DNA of 25,842 bases. It comes from Planctomycetota bacterium (GTDB lineage: Bacteria > Planctomycetota > SBBH01 > JAHFOU01). Positions 23,253 through 25,842 of this stretch are shown here, in pieces. The translations under genes and the position numbers were made by a program. How positions within the stretch are numbered: the stretch's first letter is position 1; every line of letters begins with the position of its first letter. The notes under the pieces were generated by a model, which saw only the letters and a list, made by a program, of their open reading frames with translations, was not told where the DNA came from and searched no databases. The DNA lies in assembly GCA_023261525.1 (NCBI GenBank), contig JAHFOU010000002.1:1-25842 (forward strand), in the 5' to 3' direction.

Positions 23253-24341
23253 ATGCTTTCCGTCTCCGCCGACCTGTAGGATGTCGCCGCCAAGGCCCTG
23301 GCGGGGGAGCGGATCGACGCCCAAGACGCCGAGGCCTGCTACCGCACGTCCGACCTCCCCGGCCTGGGCTGGATCGCCAACCAGGTGAGGGAAAAGCGCC
23401 ACGGCAACAAGGCCACCTACATCGTCAACTCCCACCTCAACTACTCCAACCTCTGCACCCTGGCCTGCAAGTTCTGCGCCTTCGCTCGCACCAGAGGGCG
23501 CGAAGGCGCCTACGAGCTGAGCCTGCCCCAGATCCTGGAGAAGGCCGACCGGGCCGCCGCCCTGGGCGCCTCCGAGCTCCACATCGTCGGCGGCCTCCAT
23601 CCCGACCTTCCCTATGCCTGGTACCTGGAGATGCTCTCCACCCTGAGGGCCAAGCATCCGGCGATGCACCTCAAGGCCTTCACCGCCGTCGAGATCCGCT
23701 ACCTTGCCGACCTGGCCAAGAAGCCCATCCGCGACGTCCTCGTCGAGCTGCGCGAAGCCGGCCTGGGCTCCCTGCCCGGGGGCGGGGCCGAGATCTTCGC
23801 CGAGAAGGTCCGCAAGGAGATCTGCGGCCCCAAGGACACCTCGGCCGAGTGGCTGGAGGTCCACCGCATCGCCCACGGCCTGGGCCTGCGCTCCACGGCC
23901 ACCATGCTCTACGGCCACATCGAGAGCGCCGCCGACCGGGTGGACCATCTGATGCGCCTCAGGGCCCTCCAGGACGAGACCAAGGGCTTCCTGGCCTTCA
24001 TCCCGCTCTCCTTCCATCCGGAAGGGACCCGCATCGTGGTCCACCAGGCCTCCGGGATGGAGGACCTGCGCAACGTGGCGGTCGCCCGCCTGGTCCTGGA
24101 CAACTTCGACCATGTGAAGGCCTATTGGACCCAGACCGGGCTCAGGCTGGCCCAGCTCGCCCTCCATTTCGGCGCGGACGACATCGACGGCACGGTCGTG
24201 GAGGAGACGATCACCCATATGGCCGGGGGCAAGGCGCCCCGGGGCATGGCCGAGGAGGGTCTGAGGAAGATCATCCGGGCCGCCGGACGGAACCCGGTGC
24301 GGCGGGACACTTTGCATCGGGATCTGGAACAGGCCGCCTGA
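23253..24341 (+). CDS. mqnE: Aminofutalosine synthase MqnE (radical SAM), interrupted by an in-frame TAG at codon 9 (23277-23279); possibly pseudogene, sequencing error or recoded
   Basis: CTLACKFC, ELHIVGGLHP, LKAFTAVEI, LPGGGAEIF, TMLYGHIE, FGADDIDGTVVEE..HMAG. The region between the TAG and GTG 23385 translates as a typical MqnE N-terminus (AKALAGERID...DLPGLGWIANQVREKRHG). Confidence 0.88.
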
Positions 24342-24347
24342 TTCGGA

Positions 24348-24353
24348 TATCCT
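24348..24353 (+). promoter_or_regulatory. Putative -10 box (TATCCT) for a leaderless ferredoxin gene
   Basis: TATCCT, then 6 nt, then ATG 24360; no SD sequence. Confidence 0.45.
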
Positions 24354-24359
24354 GGGCGT

Positions 24360-24848
24360 ATGCCCCACGCCATCCATGAGACCTGCATCGGCTGCACCGC
24401 CTGCGCGGTGATCTGCCCGACCGAGGCCATCTTCGGGGAGCGCAAGGGCATGCACGTCATCGTGCCCGAGCGCTGCATCGACTGCGGGGCCTGCGGGTCG
24501 GTCTGTCCGGCCGATGCCATCACCGACCAGTTCAAGGCCCTCTCGCCCCAGCGCAAGCGCGCCGAGCTTCCCAAGGCCAAGATCTTCGCGGAACGCTGCA
24601 CCGGCTGCGAGTACTGCGTCCACGTCTGCCCCTACGACTGCCTGGAGGTCAAGGGCGGCACCAACGGCCCCGGGGTCTTCGGGATCTGCGAGATCAACCC
24701 CCAGAAGTGCGTGGGGTGCGGGCTCTGTGTGGCCGTCTGCGACAAGGACGCCATCGTGGTCTTCGACAAGGAAGGGAAGGTCCTGGACCACTCCTTCCTG
24801 AAGCTGAACCCGGCGGGTTACGCGTCGACGTCCGTCGCCCCGCTCTAG
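24360..24848 (+). CDS. Polyferredoxin with four CxxCxxCxxxC [4Fe-4S] motifs
   Basis: CIGCTACAVICP, CIDCGACGSVCP, CTGCEYCVHVCP, CVGCGLCVAVCD. Confidence 0.92.
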   Translation: MPHAIHETCIGCTACAVICPTEAIFGERKGMHVIVPERCIDCGACGSVCPADAITDQFKALSPQRKRAELPKAKIFAERCTGCEYCVHVCPYDCLEVKGGTNGPGVFGICEINPQKCVGCGLCVAVCDKDAIVVFDKEGKVLDHSFLKLNPAGYASTSVAPL

Positions 24849-24851
24849 CGC

Positions 24852-24857
24852 TATAAT
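24852..24857 (+). promoter_or_regulatory. Consensus -10 box (TATAAT) for a leaderless MBL hydrolase gene
   Basis: TATAAT, then 6 nt (acgctc), then ATG 24864. Confidence 0.7.
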
Positions 24858-24863
24858 ACGCTC

Positions 24864-25670
24864 ATGCAGGCTGGACCCTACCGCGTGCGGGCGGTCGAGA
24901 CCGGGCGCTTCCGTCTGGACGGCGGCGCCATGTTCGGCACCGTGCCCAAGGTGCTCTGGGAAAAGAGCAACCCGCCCGACGCCAGGAACCGCATCGAGCT
25001 GGCCCTGCGCTGTCTCCTGGCCGAGGGGGAGGGCCGCCGCATCCTGGTGGACGCGGGCGTCGGCGGGGCCACCTTCGGGCCCAAGGAAGCCGAGATGTAT
25101 GCCGTGGAGGACAAGGGGCCCGGCCTGGATCCCGCGTCCATCACCGATGTCGTCCTGACCCACCTGCACTTCGACCATGCCGGCGGCGCGGTCACCCAGG
25201 GCCGTCCGACCTTCCCGAACGCCACCTACTGGGTCCAGCGCCGCAATCTGGAGAACGCCAAGCATCCCAACGAGCGGGAGAAGGCCTCCTACCTTCCCCA
25301 GACCTGGCAGGTGCTGGAAGCCTCCGGCCGGCTGAACTTGGTCGACGGCCCTGCCGAGATCCTGCCCGGGATCCACGCCATCCCCAGCGACGGGCACACC
25401 GTGGGGATGCAGCTGGTGCGGGTGGGGCCCGTGGTCTACTGCGCGGACCTCATCCCGTTGACGGCCCACGTACGGGTGCCCTTCACCATGGGGTACGACA
25501 TCCATCCCGGGCTCCTGATCGAGGAGAAGAGGCGCCTGCTCGAGCAGGGGGAGAAGGAGGGCTGGATCCTCTTCTTCGAACACGATCCGTCGGTGGCCGC
25601 CTGCCGCATCGCCAGGGACAAGGTCCGCGGCCATTTCGTGGCCGGCACGCCGGTGGAGATGGCGGCATGA
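24864..25670 (+). CDS. Metallo-beta-lactamase-fold hydrolase (YtnP-like)
   Basis: FRLDGGAMFGTVPKVLW, THLHFDHAGG (HxHxDH), GHTVG, YCAD, FFEHDP. Confidence 0.9.
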   Translation: MQAGPYRVRAVETGRFRLDGGAMFGTVPKVLWEKSNPPDARNRIELALRCLLAEGEGRRILVDAGVGGATFGPKEAEMYAVEDKGPGLDPASITDVVLTHLHFDHAGGAVTQGRPTFPNATYWVQRRNLENAKHPNEREKASYLPQTWQVLEASGRLNLVDGPAEILPGIHAIPSDGHTVGMQLVRVGPVVYCADLIPLTAHVRVPFTMGYDIHPGLLIEEKRRLLEQGEKEGWILFFEHDPSVAACRIARDKVRGHFVAGTPVEMAA

Positions 25671-25842
25671 TCCTCCCGGTCATGAAGCTCGGCAATCCCG
25701 TCCTGCGCAAGGTCGCGGAACCGTTCACGGAGCGGGAGATCCGCTCGGCCAAGACCCAGGCCCTGGTGCAGGACATGCTGGAGACCATGCGTGCCGAGAT
25801 CGGCGTGGGCCTGGCCGCGCCCCAGGTGGGGGTGTCCAAGCA
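25667..25842 (+). CDS. def: Peptide deformylase, 5' part (runs off the window)
   Basis: GNPVLRKVA...DMLETM...GVGLAAPQVG (motif 1); ATGA overlap. Confidence 0.92.
   Translation, partial: MILPVMKLGNPVLRKVAEPFTEREIRSAKTQALVQDMLETMRAEIGVGLAAPQVGVSK

Noticed and set aside
23277-23279. Genome-wide TAG reassignment (genetic code 15) or selenocysteine
   Set aside because: TAG terminates pnp, rpsO, the 3575 gene, bamA, skp, the Gfo gene and the ferredoxin at expected C-termini, and Sec uses TGA.
19911-25634. 1907-aa minus-strand ORF
   Set aside because: It is antisense and in codon register with four real plus-strand genes (MFS-PlsC, mqnE, ferredoxin, MBL; all start at positions divisible by 3). 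TTA/CTA/TCA codons are rare in this GC-rich genome, and the translation has no recognisable domain. Staying open across the two out-of-register membrane genes is mildly surprising but is not evidence of coding.
1-25842. tRNA/rRNA genes, CRISPR arrays, IS elements, integrases and Rho-independent terminators
   Set aside because: Intergenic gaps are mostly under 50 nt (largest about 135 nt at 3441-3574). I saw no cloverleaf, repeat-spacer array, transposase or hairpin-plus-U-tract.

Overview
High-GC, gene-dense chromosomal window from a diderm (Gram-negative) bacterium. The lpxC-fabZ fusion, dnaB-bamA-skp-lpxD order and TM/coiled-coil/BRCT protein suggest a PVC-type lineage, possibly a planctomycete; this is inference, not a taxonomic assignment. 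The left arm (minus strand) is rpsO-pnp-csp-rnhB plus a partial gene. Divergent sigma70-type promoters at about 3450-3520 are followed by one uninterrupted plus-strand run: TM-coiled-coil-BRCT protein, EboB/TatD-like hydrolase, dnaB, bamA, skp, lpxD, lpxC-fabZ, lpxA, Gfo/Idh/MocA (GnnA-like) and arsC. A tightly coupled TetR-headed membrane-lipid cluster follows: acyl-CoA/ACP ligase, PAP2-like transferase, fatty-acid hydroxylase, small conserved protein, HTTM-DCC1 fusion, MFS-acyltransferase fusion and two paralogous unknown membrane proteins. The run ends with mqnE, a 4x[4Fe-4S] ferredoxin, an MBL hydrolase and partial def. Most notable observations: (1) the 14860-23244 lipid-modification operon with its HTTM/thiol-redox module, next to a menaquinone gene; (2) an in-frame TAG at codon 9 of mqnE; (3) an archaeal/eukaryotic-type RNase HII with a CTG start and a possible beta-clamp-binding tail; (4) repeated leaderless architecture (-10 hexamer, 6-7 nt, ATG). 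I recognised no rRNA, tRNA, CRISPR array, IS element or intrinsic terminator. All family calls are by motif recognition without database searches.
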